From Octopus sinensis (lineage: Eukaryota), in NCBI RefSeq assembly GCF_006345805.1, contig NC_043015.1:16616001-16680000 (forward strand): a stretch of DNA of 64,000 bases. Reading direction: 5' to 3'. Shown here piece by piece: positions 24,771 to 38,120 of this stretch; position 1 is the first letter of the stretch; the number at the start of each line of letters is the position of its first letter. Below the pieces are notes generated by a model, which saw nothing but the letters and a program-made list of their open reading frames with translations, made no database searches and had not been told where the DNA came from. The position numbers and the translations under genes are program-made.

Positions 24771-27213
24771 TTCCTTCTAGACCTAGAGTTATGTGGTGGT
24801 GGAATAGTACGGTAGACAAAGCCATTAGAGCAAAGAAATAGGCCTGGAAGGCCTGGAGGGATGGGGGTAGCAGGGAACTGTACAAGGTAGCCAAAAGGGA
24901 GGCTGGGTGGCAGGTATACATAGCCAAGGGTGAAGCAGAAAAGAAGTTTGTCAATGTCCAGCAGCGTGAGGGCCAAAAGAACTGAAGTATTTCGGATTGC
25001 TAGACAGTGTGTGAGAGAAAATTGTAATGTTACAGGAAAGAAATGTGTCCGCATGGATGATGGTGAACTTGCTTTCAATGTTTCTGAAAAGAAAGAGGCT
25101 TGGAGAAGCCATAATGAAAGACTGCTGAATGTGAAGAATGAATGGGAGGAGGAGAGCCTGCCAAATGTTGACCCAGTAGAGGGACCAGCTATCCCAATAG
25201 ACAACTCCTTAGTAGATAAAGCAATTAAGGGTATGTAGCTAGGAAAAGCCCCCAGCCCATCAGGAATCACTGCTGAGATGCTTAAAACATCTGGTAATGT
25301 GGGTTTACCCACATTGTAAACCAGGTAGTTCATAATGGAGTCATACCCAGTAACATAGTTGACTATGGTGTAGCAGCACCATAGTCAACTGCTACAAGGG
25401 TAAAGGTGATGCTCTAGATAGAAATAACTACAGGGGTATTAAACTGTTAGATCAGGTGATGAAGGTCACAGAGAGAGTCATAGCCCATCTCATTAGGGAG
25501 AGAGTCTGCTTAGATGAGATGCAGTTCGGTTTTGTGCCGAGTAGAAGCACCACTGATATCATATTCCTGGTTCGACAACTGCAGGAGAAATACCTAGCTA
25601 AAGATAAACCCCTCTACATAGCTTTCGTTGACTTGGAGAAAGCTTTTGACAGGGTCCCCCGATCCCTTATCTGGAGATTGACGAATGGTTAATAAGAGCT
25701 GTTCAGACCCTTTACAGAGAGTACAGTGAAGAATTCCTGGTAGATATTGGCATCCACCAATGCTCAGCCCTCAGTCCCCTTCTATTCATCATAGTCCTCC
25801 AGGCAATAACAGAGGAATTCAAGACGGGTTGCCCCTGGGAGCTCCTCTATGCTGATGACCTAATTCTCATAGCCGAATCACTACCAGAACTAGAAAAGAA
25901 ATTTTGGGCTTTTAGAATCAAAAGGCTTTAGAGTCAATGTAGCAAAGACCAAAGTTCTAGTAAGTAGGAAGGCAAACATACCACAAACCCCTTTAAGTAG
26001 GTGACTCTGCTCGATCTGTAGAAAAGGTGTAGGTAGAAACTCCATAAGATGTACCCAGTGTTAGCTATGGACACATAAGAGGTGCAGCAACATCAAAGGA
26101 AAATTAACTGAGAAGATAGCTTTCGTGTGCGGCAAATGCACAGGGGCAATAGACACCATTGATACTCAGAAAACAGATTCCATTACACTCCTGGGGGAGA
26201 AACTAGAAGTAGTTGATAGTTTCTGCTACCCAGGTGACGAAGTTAGTAGTGGGGGTGGATGCTCAGAGAGTGTTACCACTAGAATAAGAATAGCCTGGGC
26301 AAAGTTTAGAAAGCTCCTACCCCTACTGGTGACAAAGGGTCTCTCACTCAGAGTGAAAGGTAGATTGTACGACGCATATGTGCGAACTGCCATGCTTCAC
26401 GGTAGTGAAACATGGGCTGTGACTGCAGAAGACATGCGTAGGCTTGAAAGAAATGAAGCTAGCATGATCCGCTGGATGTGTAATGTCAGTGTGCATACAC
26501 GACATAGTGTAAGTGTCCTGAGAGAAATGCTGGACATAAGAAGCATTGGATGTGGCATTGGATGGGAGACGTCTGTGCTGGTATGGTCATGTACTACGGA
26601 TGGATGAGGAGAGATGTGTGAAGAAGTACCACTCCCAAACAGTTGAAGGAATCCAGGGTAGAGGTAGACCCAGGAAAACATGGGATGAGGTGGTCAAACA
26701 TGACCTTCGAACATTGGGTCTCACAGAGGCAATGACAGAAGACTGAGACCTCTGGAGATATGCTGTGATTGCAAAGACCTGACAAAGAATGTGAGTTTAT
26801 GGCTGTTTCCTGCACCAGCTTCACATAGAAGCCCCAGCCCATCCAAAGTGCCTTGGATTGCAGGACGGCCTGCTGTGCTTACCTTGGATGCTTGAGGAGA
26901 CCTAGTGAGTCAAGTACATCAACTTCAAAAAATCAAACTGTAGTTGTGATACCTCTGCCGGTGGCACGTAAAAAGCACCATCCAAACATGGCCGATGCCA
27001 GCCTCCCCTGGCACCTGTGCTGGTGGCACATAAAATGCACCCACTACACTCATGGAGTGGTTGGCATCAGGAAGGGCATCTAGCTGTAGAAACACTGCCA
27101 TATCAGACTGGAGCTGATGCAGCCTCCTAGCTTCCCAGACCCCGGTTGAACCATCCAACCCATGCTAGCATGGAAAACAGACGTTAAACGATGATGATGA
27201 TGATGATGATGAT
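24771..27213 (+). mobile_element. RTE-clade LINE, 5'-truncated, with RT domain, Cys-rich segment, 3' UTR and (GAT)n tail
   Basis: QFGFVPSRSTTD, AFVDLEKAFDRVPR, LLYADDL, CSICRKGVG...WTHKRC, RTAMLHGSETW, GRGRPRKTW; stops and frameshifts present. Confidence 0.95.
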
Positions 27214-27264
27214 ATATATATCTTTTACTTGTTTCAATCATTAGACTGCAGCCAATGCTAAGGA

Positions 27265-28897
27265 CATGCGTAAGCTCGTGAGGAATGAAGCCAGTATGCT
27301 CCGATGGATGTGTAATGTCAGTGTACTTACTCGACAGAGCGTTAGTACCTTGAGAGAAATGTTGTACCTAAGAAGCATCAGTTGTGGTGTGCAAGAGAGA
27401 CAATTGCGCTGGTATGGTCATGTGGCGAGAATGGATGAAGATAGGTGTGTGAGAAAGTGCCAATCCCTAGCAGTTGAGGGAACCCGTGGAAGAGGTAGAC
27501 CCAGGAAAACCTGGGACGAGGTAGACCCAGGAAAACCTGGGACGACCTTCGAACGTTAGGTCTCACCATGGAAATGACTAGAGACCGAGACCTATGGAAG
27601 TATGCTGTGCGTGAGAAGACCCGGCAAGACTAGTGAAGCCATAACCCGTGGCCCCTACCTGGGACGTAGTCAGTCCACCTGTGCATACCTTCCTTCTTGT
27701 GACACTTGTGAAGACCTGTTGAGGCAAGTGAAAATCAAATCAAATCAAATCAAACCAAATCAAAATAGATGAACATCAAAGGAATTTGTATCCTTGTGGT
27801 ACCAGTGCTGGTGGCACATAAGAAAACCATCCGAATGTGACCGTAGCCAGTACCGCATCGACTGGCCTCCGTACTGAGGGCACGTAACAAACACCATCCG
27901 AGCGTGGCCGTCTGCCAGCCTCGTCTGGCACCTGTGTCAGTGGCACATAAAATCACCCACTACACTCTCGGAGTGGTTGGCGTTAGGAAGGGCATCCAGC
28001 TGTAGAACCACTGCCAGATCTGACTGGCCTGGTGCAGCCTTCGGGCTTGCCAGACCCCAGTTGAACCGTCCAACCCATGCTAGCATGGAAAGCGGACATT
28101 AAACGATGATGATGATGATGATATATATTACACTCACGGAGTGGTTGGCGTTAGGAAGGGCATCCAGCCATAGAAACATTGCAAGATCAGACTGGGCCTG
28201 GTGCAGCCTTCTGGCTTCCCAGACCCCAGTTGAACCATCCAACCCATGCTAGCATGGAAAGTGGACGCTAAATGATGATGATGATGATATATATATTCAT
28301 GGGATGAAGTAGTGAAGTATGATCTTCGAACTTTGAATCACACAGAGGCAATGACTAGTGACCAAGACCTTTGGCGACATGTTGTACTTGAGAAGACACA
28401 TCAAACTAAGTGAAACTGTAGTCATGGCTGATGTTGGTGTCACATAACTGGCACCCATGCTGGTGGTATGTAAAGAGCACTGTTAGAGCATTGGGCCTCA
28501 CAGGGGCAAAAGCAGCTGAGTTCCTTTCGAGTATTGGTCCTCATGGAGGCAAAGTGGCTGAGTTCCTTTTGAGCAGGGTCTAACAGAGGCAAAGTGACTG
28601 AGTTCATTTTGAGTGTTGGGCCTCACAGAGACAGTGACCAAGACCTTTGGCATTATGTCGTGCTTGAGAAGAAGACCCATCAAGCCGAGCAAAATCGCAG
28701 TCATGGTAGATACCAGTGTCATACAAATGGCACCCATGCTGGCAGCACATAAAAGCACCCATTACACTCTTGGAATGGTAGGCATTAGGAAGGGCATCCA
28801 GCCATAGAAAAGCCTTCCAGCTTACCAGCCCTAGTCAAACCGTCCAGCCCATGCCAGTATGGACAACAGACATTAAATGAACATTAGAATGATGATG
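27265..28897 (+). mobile_element. Three more head-to-tail RTE 3'-end copies (27265-28122, 28129-28290, 28297-28897)
   Basis: Each ends in aaa(c/t)gatgatgat or similar, followed by short (AT)n; each shares the aggaagggcatccagc...ccatgc(t/c)ag(c/t)atgga 3' UTR. Confidence 0.88.
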
Positions 28898-29899
28898 ATA
28901 TATTTACATGGTGGGGCTATGTGTATACACCAATCTACTAAAAACTAGTTTTATTTTGTGGCCCTTTATGTCCTATTTTTTAACAGTTAAACAAATAGAA
29001 ATATTTGAAATATATACTGGAGTCAATATGATCAAGTCAAAACCCTTCAAAGCAATGCCCCAGCATAGCAGCAGTCCACTGACTGAAATCAGTAAAAACT
29101 AAATCAGTAAAGGCTAAAAGAATATTAATGTCAGTTTTGTTACTTCATGCTATCATGTCATTACACATCCCTTGGTCAACAAACTACATTTTCTGTTTAA
29201 GAATAATAATAACAGTTATTATGTCAAGTGTTGAAGAGGCATCTCTCTTCACATTTCTTAGGTAGCTCCTTTCACTTCTTACTATTTAGTTCATTAGTTT
29301 TCATCACACTTTGCTTGTGAACCGGGTATATTCAACCTTCAGTTATTTAAACTGTCTGACTGTCATTAAGTCATATCTTTGTAATGTACTTAAAATTGTT
29401 TGTTCACCAGTTTAGCTGGAGTCACTTCAGCGACAATCAATTTAGATACCGTCTGTGAGATAATTATATGATGAACTCACAGTGGAATGGATCATGTCAA
29501 AAATACTCTGCTATTACCTATCATTAACTGCAGATACATGAAAAATGAGAAGGCAGTTTGCCAGGGGCTTTAAATAAGTTAGTGGAAAAATACATTGGGT
29601 ATATATGTGGGAATAAATAACTGAATGTCTGCATGGGGAAATTTATAAAATGTAATATAAGAGATCAAGAATGGTCACCAACCTATCAGTCAAGGGGTTG
29701 GCAGTTCATATCCTATCACTTTGCTCTGCCTCTGGTAAAAATATTATTTCTCAGTGATTTGATTAACTTAACAGTAAACTTGACGAGACACAGTTCATTG
29801 ATGTAAGCCAAGGTTTTACTGTTTAATTGATACAATTTCTTTAACTTCCAATAAAAATCCTGGAGACATCTAGAAACTACTCTGAGCCTCATCTTTCAA

Positions 29900-30850
29900 A
29901 TCATTGCTGATGTAATCTTTCATGGTGCCTCAGTGACTGAACATCCCTTAAAATGTTTTCACTGTTAAAGTGGATGTAAGGATTACTAAGTTTTGTGGGG
30001 ATCAAATATACAATTAAGTATGGTGCAAGACAGACAACTGTGCTGCTATGAGCATGTGATGCGTATGGATGAATTGTATAAAGAAGTGCCAATCTCTAGC
30101 TGTTGGAGGGAACCTGTGGCAGAGGCAGACCCCAGGAAGACATGGGACAAGGTGGTGAAGCATGACCTTCAAACCTTGAACCTCACAGAGGCAATGACTA
30201 GTGACCAAGACCTTTGGTGATGTGCTCTGCTTAAGAGGATCCATCGAGCCAAGTGCACCGATGCTGGTGGCATGTAAAAAAAAGTCAACCGTTAAATGTT
30301 GGGCCTCATGGAGGCAAAATTGCTGAGTACCTTTCAAGTGTTGGGCCTCATGGAGGCGAGGTGGCTGAGTTCCTTTTGAGCGTTAGACCTCATGGAGACA
30401 TAGTGGCTGAGTTCCTTTCAAGTGTTGGGCCTCACGGAGGCAAGGTGGCTGAATTCCTTTTTAGCGGGCCTCACAGAGGTGAGGTAGCTGAGTTCCTTTC
30501 AAGCGTTGGGCCTCATGGAGGCAAAGTAGCCAAGCTCCTTTTGAGTGTTGGGCCTCATGGTGGCAATGACCAAGACCTTTGGTATAATGTTGTGCTTAAG
30601 AAGAAGACCCATCAAGCTGAGCAAAATCGCAGTTGTGACAGATAACAGTGTCATGCAAATGGCACCTGTGCCAGTGGCATGTAAAAGTACCCATTACAAT
30701 CTCAGGGTGATTGGTGTTAGGAAGGGCATCCAACCATAGAAAACCATGCCAAATCAGACTGGAGCCTGGTGCAACCTTCCAGTGTGCCAGCCCAGCCAAA
30801 CCATCCAAACCATGCCCGCATGGACAACAACGTTAAATGACGATGATGAT
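29900..30850 (+). mobile_element. RTE 3' end containing a 42-bp minisatellite
   Basis: PRKTWDKVVKHDLQTLNLTEAMT, then about 6 units of gttgggcctcatggaggcaaagtggctgagttcctttcaagt (30298-30570); (GAT)n tail. Confidence 0.88.
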
Positions 30851-32698
30851 TTTGTCTCTCAGTTTGATCTGCTTCACTAATAGCATAAGCCTTTTGGGAA
30901 AAAAACATTTATGTCACTATTTCCCATTCCACCTCCTATATATAAGTTTTCAAACCTATGCAAGAAACTGTGGTTCTATGTGTGTGTGTTTGCATGTATG
31001 TGTGAGCATCAAAAAAGACTGATTAGTAAATGGCCAATGGCTGATAAAGTATACAATAAGGGTTTGTGCCTTCTCACAACATGATGAATATTCACATTTA
31101 TAACGATTTAAGTTTGGAATATCATTGTAAACTGATGTTATCAATTTGATCTGGGTTCAACTTAAGGAGTAAAATAGCAAATAATGAAGACAGAAAACTT
31201 CTAACAATGCAAAAAGGGAGAGATGCAAAGGCCCATCATAAAAAGTGAATGGTTTAGAAATGTAAGATTTTGTTGGTACGGCCATTTTGATTGCCAACAG
31301 AGAGGGCCTGAAATATATAAAAGTTACTCAACTTATCCTTTTTGCATTCTTAGAAACTCTCCATCTTCATTACTTTTTATTTTACTTCTGTATCATAATG
31401 CTTCAAGCAAATTACAATACTCTTCTTAAAATAAGAAATTTGTTGGACATAGATCAGAAGTCATATTTAGCCTTTAATTTTCAGGTAAGCATATAAAATT
31501 AGTAACAGGTAACAAATTTATGGAGTAGAATCTGAAAAAGTGTCTCTGCATTAATCCTAGAAATTGTGTATACATATTAAATAATTTTGATACATATAAA
31601 TTTCACAGATTTGTTTCAGTCTCCATCAATCTCATTGATTCTCACATAACATCTATGTTATTTATCTCAACCACAGACAAAAGTACAAAAATCCTTTGTT
31701 TAATTCTCTTCATCCTGTCAGCCCTAGCATAGGGAGAATAAACAGTGTTTATACCTAATCTCTACACCTAGAGTGCATTAAAATACATGCATATCAAATT
31801 AAAAGCCATTAACTGAAAACTATTCCATAGAAATATCTAAAAATTGATGATATCATGTGGAATTGGCAATCTGGGAATCTAACACTAATATTGCATTATC
31901 ACTATATTAGCTAACTAAGAATCCCCTAGTTTGAGACACCTCACCATCCATGAGAACAGAAATGACTCCTCAAACCCATGCCAGCATGGAAAGTAGACTT
32001 AAAATAATGGCAATGCTGATGATGACAATGGTGATGGTCATCATCATTGCCATGGTCATAGTAATGATGATCATATGATGATAATGGTTATATATGCATG
32101 TATGCATTTTTTTATGTATGTATGTATCTCTCTCTCTCTCTTTCTCTCTCTCTCAAAACACAAATTATTAAACAAAAGAGTAAGAGGTTTTTGTTGTGTT
32201 CATAGGGTTAAATATACATTTAATAAATTCAAATAAATTGAAATGAAAAGAATTAAATAGAAACTGTGTGAATAATGCAATTACACATAAGAATAATTCT
32301 TTAAGTTAAATATACTTTTGTTGAATTTAAATAATTTTAGTTAAAAATTAAACACCATGTATATGCTACCTAAGAATTGTGCTTCTACACTATTAATTAA
32401 ATTAACAAATAATGTAGGAACCCAAGCTATCAACTAATATATATAAATAAACTATACTAATAATAAGAGGACAAAGGGACTTTTTGTCTGCTCATAAAGT
32501 TTTTAAAATATATATTTATTGAATTTAAATAAATTTAATCTAAATAAATACTGTGTAAGAAATATGAACTCACGTGGTCGCATTGTGTAGGGAATGCGAT
32601 CACACGTGGTCATATTCTTAACGAATTATTATAAGCCATAAATACAATGCAATACCAAAAGAACATAGGTGAATTGATGACAAAGCCGTTCCACCACT

Positions 32699-33618
32699 TG
32701 AGAGAAGATAAGATTTTATTTACAATGGTGTTAATGTTAGAAGGTTGTGAGTGCTAGCAAGTGTGTGTGTGCATGTGTGTGACAGATACAATAAAGGTGA
32801 AAGCGTGTGACATAGTGGGTACAGAGCATAGAATTAATGATGGGAATTGATTTACTGTTCATGAGGTACACGAAGTGTAAGAGTTCAATATCAAGATGTT
32901 GTGTCTCGGAGCTGAGATTAGTTGAATCACTTGTTGTGCTTATCTTTCTCTTGATATAGATATTCTTTCAGATATATATACTGCAACTGTTTTTCCATGG
33001 TGAGATTTTCACCTAACAGCATGAGTTGAATCTGTAGTTATCTTGTGTACAAGTTAAATCTTCGTAGATAGAGACGATGTAGGCGATGATGTTATGTCTG
33101 TCGCTTGGTTTACTATAGCATCTTCATATCTTGTTTTGCTTGGTTATTTTTCTCTTGATATAGATATTCTTTCAGATATATATACTGCAACTGTTTTTCC
33201 GTGGTGAGATTTTCACACTAACAGCATGAGTTGAATCTGTATTTATCTTGTCGTGTACAAGTTGAATCTTCGTAGATGGAGACGATGTTGGTACAATGAT
33301 GGTGACGACGGCGGCGGAGATAGAAATTGGTTTTCTGTTGCGGGTGTACATTGGCGTCATCGTGGCTGATCGTCTGTCGCTGTGACTGGAACATGTTGAG
33401 TAGCTCTGTGGTCAGAGGTTAGCCCTTATAAGGACTAGAACCAAAGACGCAAGTATACTGAAAACACTCCCTTATATACAAGTAAGGTGGCTCAACAGAG
33501 CCTAGGAAATGGGACCTTAACCAAAGGCTGTGATTAGTTGGCTTTGGCCAGTAGCGCGAAATAAGTAGAGAGACAGACTGCGCTTAGATGCCAACCAATC
33601 AAAATAGTGGACACAACA
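32699..33618 (-). mobile_element. LTR with an internal ~205-bp tandem duplication, followed by a PBS-like TGGTGGAACGGC
   Basis: Minus strand TGTTGTGTCC...CTCTCA; contains ATTGG, TATATAA and AATAAA in order; 32940-33090 duplicated at 33145-33295. Confidence 0.6.
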
Positions 33619-34520
33619 ATGTTAAACTAGCCAAAGATGTTTGTAATCTCAAACGAGATCATTCTTAATATTTTTCTCAAACAGTGAAGATAGAAATGAA
33701 GAAAACAATATTGCTACAACTGTATGAATAATACAATAATACCTAAGTTCCTAAAGTTAAATATACTTTCTTTGTATTTAAATAATTTTAGGTAAAAATA
33801 AACACTGTGTATATGCTAAATAAGAATCATACTTCTATACCATTAATTAAAGAGACAAGTATAAGTTAGAACCCAAACTATCAACTAATATATCTAAATA
33901 AATAATTTATATTAAGGACAACTAATATACAAAACGAATAAACAAGGAAATAAATAAGTAGGTAGCAAATAAGTATGCACCTACATTTATATTTTTTACC
34001 AATAAATAAAAACATATAAATAAAGATTGTTAACATGATAGATAGTACAAATGGTAATGGGGAGGTCTATAAACCAATATAGTTAATGAGGAATATGCTT
34101 ACAGACATACTGAATAGAGATAAGGATAAATGATCAGCTTGTAAAAAGCTGGTTTACACCACTAAGAAGTGGTGAACTATGCTTATCCCTTGTCCAGTGA
34201 GATCAAAATCAACCTCTAGCTATTTTTAGAGCAGAATCCAAGACACACAGGCTACAATTCATTTGGAATGAACTGTCCATCTGTTAGGATGTATAAAAAA
34301 ATAACAGTCAATTTTTACCTTGATAACAATCAATTTTTGCCCTGATGAAGGTAAGAATAAGGTGCTAATATCAGAGAAGAACCAGCGATAAGCATTAGTA
34401 CATATGCACATATGGAATTTCTAGTATCATTAATTGATATGGAGCTAAACCAGTGTCTGCTTGGATAAATATCCCTAGTTAAAGAACAACCTCTTTCCAC
34501 ACAGACTTATTTAACACTCA

Positions 34521-34685
<165 letters not shown>

Positions 34686-34689
34686 ATTT

Positions 34690-35056
34690 ATCTTTTATCT
34701 TTTATTTGTTTCAGTTATTAGATTGTAACCATGCTCGGACAATACTTGAAGAAGTTTAGTTGAATGAATCAACCCCAGAATTTTTCTTAACCCTGCTATT
34801 TATTATATCAGTCTGTTTTGCTGAACTGCTTGGTTACAGGGATATAAATACACCAACACCAGTTGTGAAGTGGTGGTGGGGACACACACACACACAATGA
34901 TATATATATATATATAATAGGCTTCTTTCAGTTTCCATCTATCAAATCCACTCATAAGGCTTTGGTTGGCCTGAGGCTATAGTAGAAAATATTTACACAC
35001 GGTTCCATGCAGTGGGACTAAACTGAAACCATGTAGTTGTGAAGCAAACTTCTTAC

Positions 35057-35060
<4 letters not shown>
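34690..35060 (-). mobile_element. SINE family B copy, near complete
   Basis: Same 3' body, internal (CA)/(TA) tract and head as other family B copies. Confidence 0.75.
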
Positions 35061-35087
<27 letters not shown>

Positions 35088-36489
35088 TGAGAGAGACGGG
35101 CGGAGAGTTGTATCTTACTTAATGAAGACATTGTACGAAAGCCACAATGCTGTGGTATTCATCTTGAGAAAGCATCTCATATGAATGTATAGTACCAGAA
35201 GCCCATCATTTTGCAATATAAGTTACTTGTTAATCTCTTTTTTTTTATGAAAATATGCAGAAATCCTGGATCTAACAATTCCTTTACTTGATGCTTTTCA
35301 TCTGCTTCTAAGAATTCTGTTAACTGGGAATACAACTTGAGCTAGTTAAATAATATTCCAGCCAAATAAAATCAAATTGGTTCCATTTACATTAAAATTT
35401 TCAATACAACCTCCATTTCCAGAACTTCATCAACCAAAGTTCAAAATCAAATATATTTTACTCTAGTTATCTACTGCTCCCTTGAAAAAACAGAACTTTC
35501 TGGTTCTAACTTTCATTACAACCCTATAAACATTTATTCCAATTCTATCAAGTCTATCTATTATACTATCAGCAATTCCATTTGTAGATTACTTTTACAG
35601 ATGACCTTCACACAATTAACCAGCAAAAGAGTTTTCCTCTGTTCTTACCTATTCTCTCTCCCATATATGTTTTCTAAACCCACAAACTTCTGTTTCATTT
35701 CCCCCACCCTCCTTATAATTTACTCCTTCCTTCCCCATTGCACTGCTATTGTCTTTACATTTCCACTACTTCCATTTCCTTCCTGTTTTTCTACTTTCTC
35801 ATTTTTTTCTCTTATGCTATTTACTCTTACTCATTTAAAAAAATTTTTTTTGAATTTTTTCATTTTTAAAATATCTCTTTTTTCTTTGTATCTTTCTTTC
35901 TTTCTTCTTTCCTTTCCTAGTATTGCAATAGTTTTAAATTGCTTTAATGAAATATCTTTCGATTTTGTTTTTAACCACTGTATGTCTAACAGGAAAATTA
36001 CTTTATATGTCAGAAGAAATAAAACATATTTAACATTGTTGATTTACATCTAAATACTTGGAAATTGATACAAATATTGTACTGAGAAGTCATTTAGTAC
36101 TTGACAGTATAATGACTTTGTCAAAACTTTTAACTAGATGTCAGCTTTGATGATGCTCTTGCAAAAACCTAGCTTGATTTTAGAACAAATTTCAATTCTG
36201 CAATTGAAGATTTGATCAAGTTTTAGTCATATTTTAAGAAGAAAAACATATATTATATTCTTTTGTTCTTTTATTGGTTTCAGCCATTGGACAGCAGCCA
36301 TACTGACACATTGTTGTTGTTGTTGGCATTTTGTCTGTCTTAATATTCTGAGTTCAAATTCTGCCAACATTGACTGCCTTTCATCCTATTGGAATTGATT
36401 AAATTAGTACCAATTGAGCACTGGGATCGATCTAATCAAATTAACCCTCTCCCAAAATTGCTGGCCTTATACCAAAACTTGAAACCATT

Positions 36490-37995
36490 ATTATTACTAT
36501 TATTATTTTTGGTTTGGCTCAGGTTTGGTCTTATTCCTGGCAGGATTTATGTGGATAGTGGGTTACGACCTGTAACCTTAGGTATCCACGAGTTTTCAGC
36601 AGTCTTTCAAGTGCTTAGAACCCTCCTGATAATCCTTGCTATCCCTAAGAAACAAACTTTCTGTAGGAGCTCTACCAGGCATTCTATTTCATTCTCCTTC
36701 AGCCATTTATCTATATTTTTGTTTAGTGTTCCTGATGCACCAATTATTATAGGCACAACCTTTACTTGTTCACATGCTCTAAATTCTTCCTATTTCAAAA
36801 TTCAAGGGATTGTATTTTCTTTGTTTTTCTTCCTCTTTCTCTATCATCCTGGAATCAAATAGGCATGATGGGTTGATAAGTAAGCAATTTTACTTTTCCT
36901 TATCGATGATTGTAATACCTGGTCTATTATTTTCTAACTTCTTGTCTGTTTGAATAGGAAATCCCCACAGAAATCTTGCATTTCTCTGACTCCAGTACTC
37001 TTTCAACTTAATAATTGTACCATGTGTTTCATCATCATCATCATCATCATCGTTTAACGTCCGTTTTCTTCGCTATCCCGGGTTGGACGGTTCGACTGGG
37101 GTCTGGGAAGCCAGGGGCTGCACCAGGCTCCAGTCTGATCTGGCAGAGTTTCTACAGCTGGATGCCCTTCCTAACGCCAACCACTCTGCGAGTGTAGTGA
37201 GTGCTTTTTACGTGCCACCTGCACAGGTGCCAGGGGGGTCCGGCATTGGCCACGATCGGTTGGAGCTTTTAATGTGCCACCGGCATGGAAGCCAGCCAAG
37301 GCGGCGCTGGCAACGGCCATATTCGGATGGTTCTTTTTTTTTTTCTAGCTTAAAATCCCCATTTCTGGCACAGTTTCCAGTGTAAAACTTTTATAACATA
37401 GTTGTGCCTCCATTTCCTATATTCTTCCTGTGCCAACTTCAAGCATTCTGTCACATGTGCCACTGTCTCATTCCAAGTTCCATATTTTACTGACACATTC
37501 TTTCCATATATATTTTTTTTCAAATTGTTTCTTTCTATTGCTTGATCTTGGACTGCTACAATTAGGCTCTCTGTCTCTTTTTTGAATTGCTCTTTTTTTA
37601 ACCAAGCCCAGGATTTTGTTCCATATACATCTTCAGTGGCTCTCCAAAATTGGCCATGCAGTTTTTTCTGTGCTGCTCTGTAAATACTCGACTAGACTTT
37701 TTTAGGAATTCAGCTTTGACTGAAATAATTTTCTTACCCACCTTGTGTTCTTCCTACTGGTTATTTGTTTCATTTCTTCCTTTTTTATCTCATCTGCTTC
37801 CAGTATTCCAAAGTACTTATATCACTGTCCTTTCTCAACTGCTCTCATTGTGGGCCCATTTGACATTTCAATTCCCTGGCTTCTTTCAAATCTCCCTCAC
37901 TTCATTTTCAATATAGCACACTTTTGTCTCCAAAATTCCATATCTACATCATTTGAGAAAATGCAGATAGTATGTACAAGAATTTCAAGCTTATT
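36490..37995 (-). mobile_element. R4/Dong-like LINE (RT end to endonuclease end), internally deleted and interrupted by an RTE tail at ~37020-37340
   Basis: LVHTICIFSNDVDMEF..QKCAILKM (R4 RT end); LLQKVCFLGIARIIRRVL (C-terminus); (AAT)n tail. Confidence 0.8.
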
Positions 37996-38120
37996 ATCAT
38001 TATTATCATGTTTATGAATTTGTGTTGCAAGATTCCTGATGTGAAACCATGTGTTGAAACAGATATTGTTGTACTTCAGGACGGTCTTTTTTTGTTTTTG
38101 CCAAATAAACATACGCACTA

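Noticed and set aside
30253-30645. 130-aa ORF with regular 14-aa repeats, superficially CRISPR-like or a repeat protein
   Set aside because: Contiguous 42-bp tandem units without unique spacers, inside an RTE 3' UTR; no cas genes and a eukaryotic context
34325-34400. ccCTGATGAaggt...acc motif resembling a hammerhead start
   Set aside because: No GAAA box after a pairable stem II, and no stems I or III
35150-36050. T-rich 150-aa ORF and possible decayed LINE endonuclease on the minus strand
   Set aside because: Low-complexity F/L/S composition and no intact diagnostic motif, so it cannot be called
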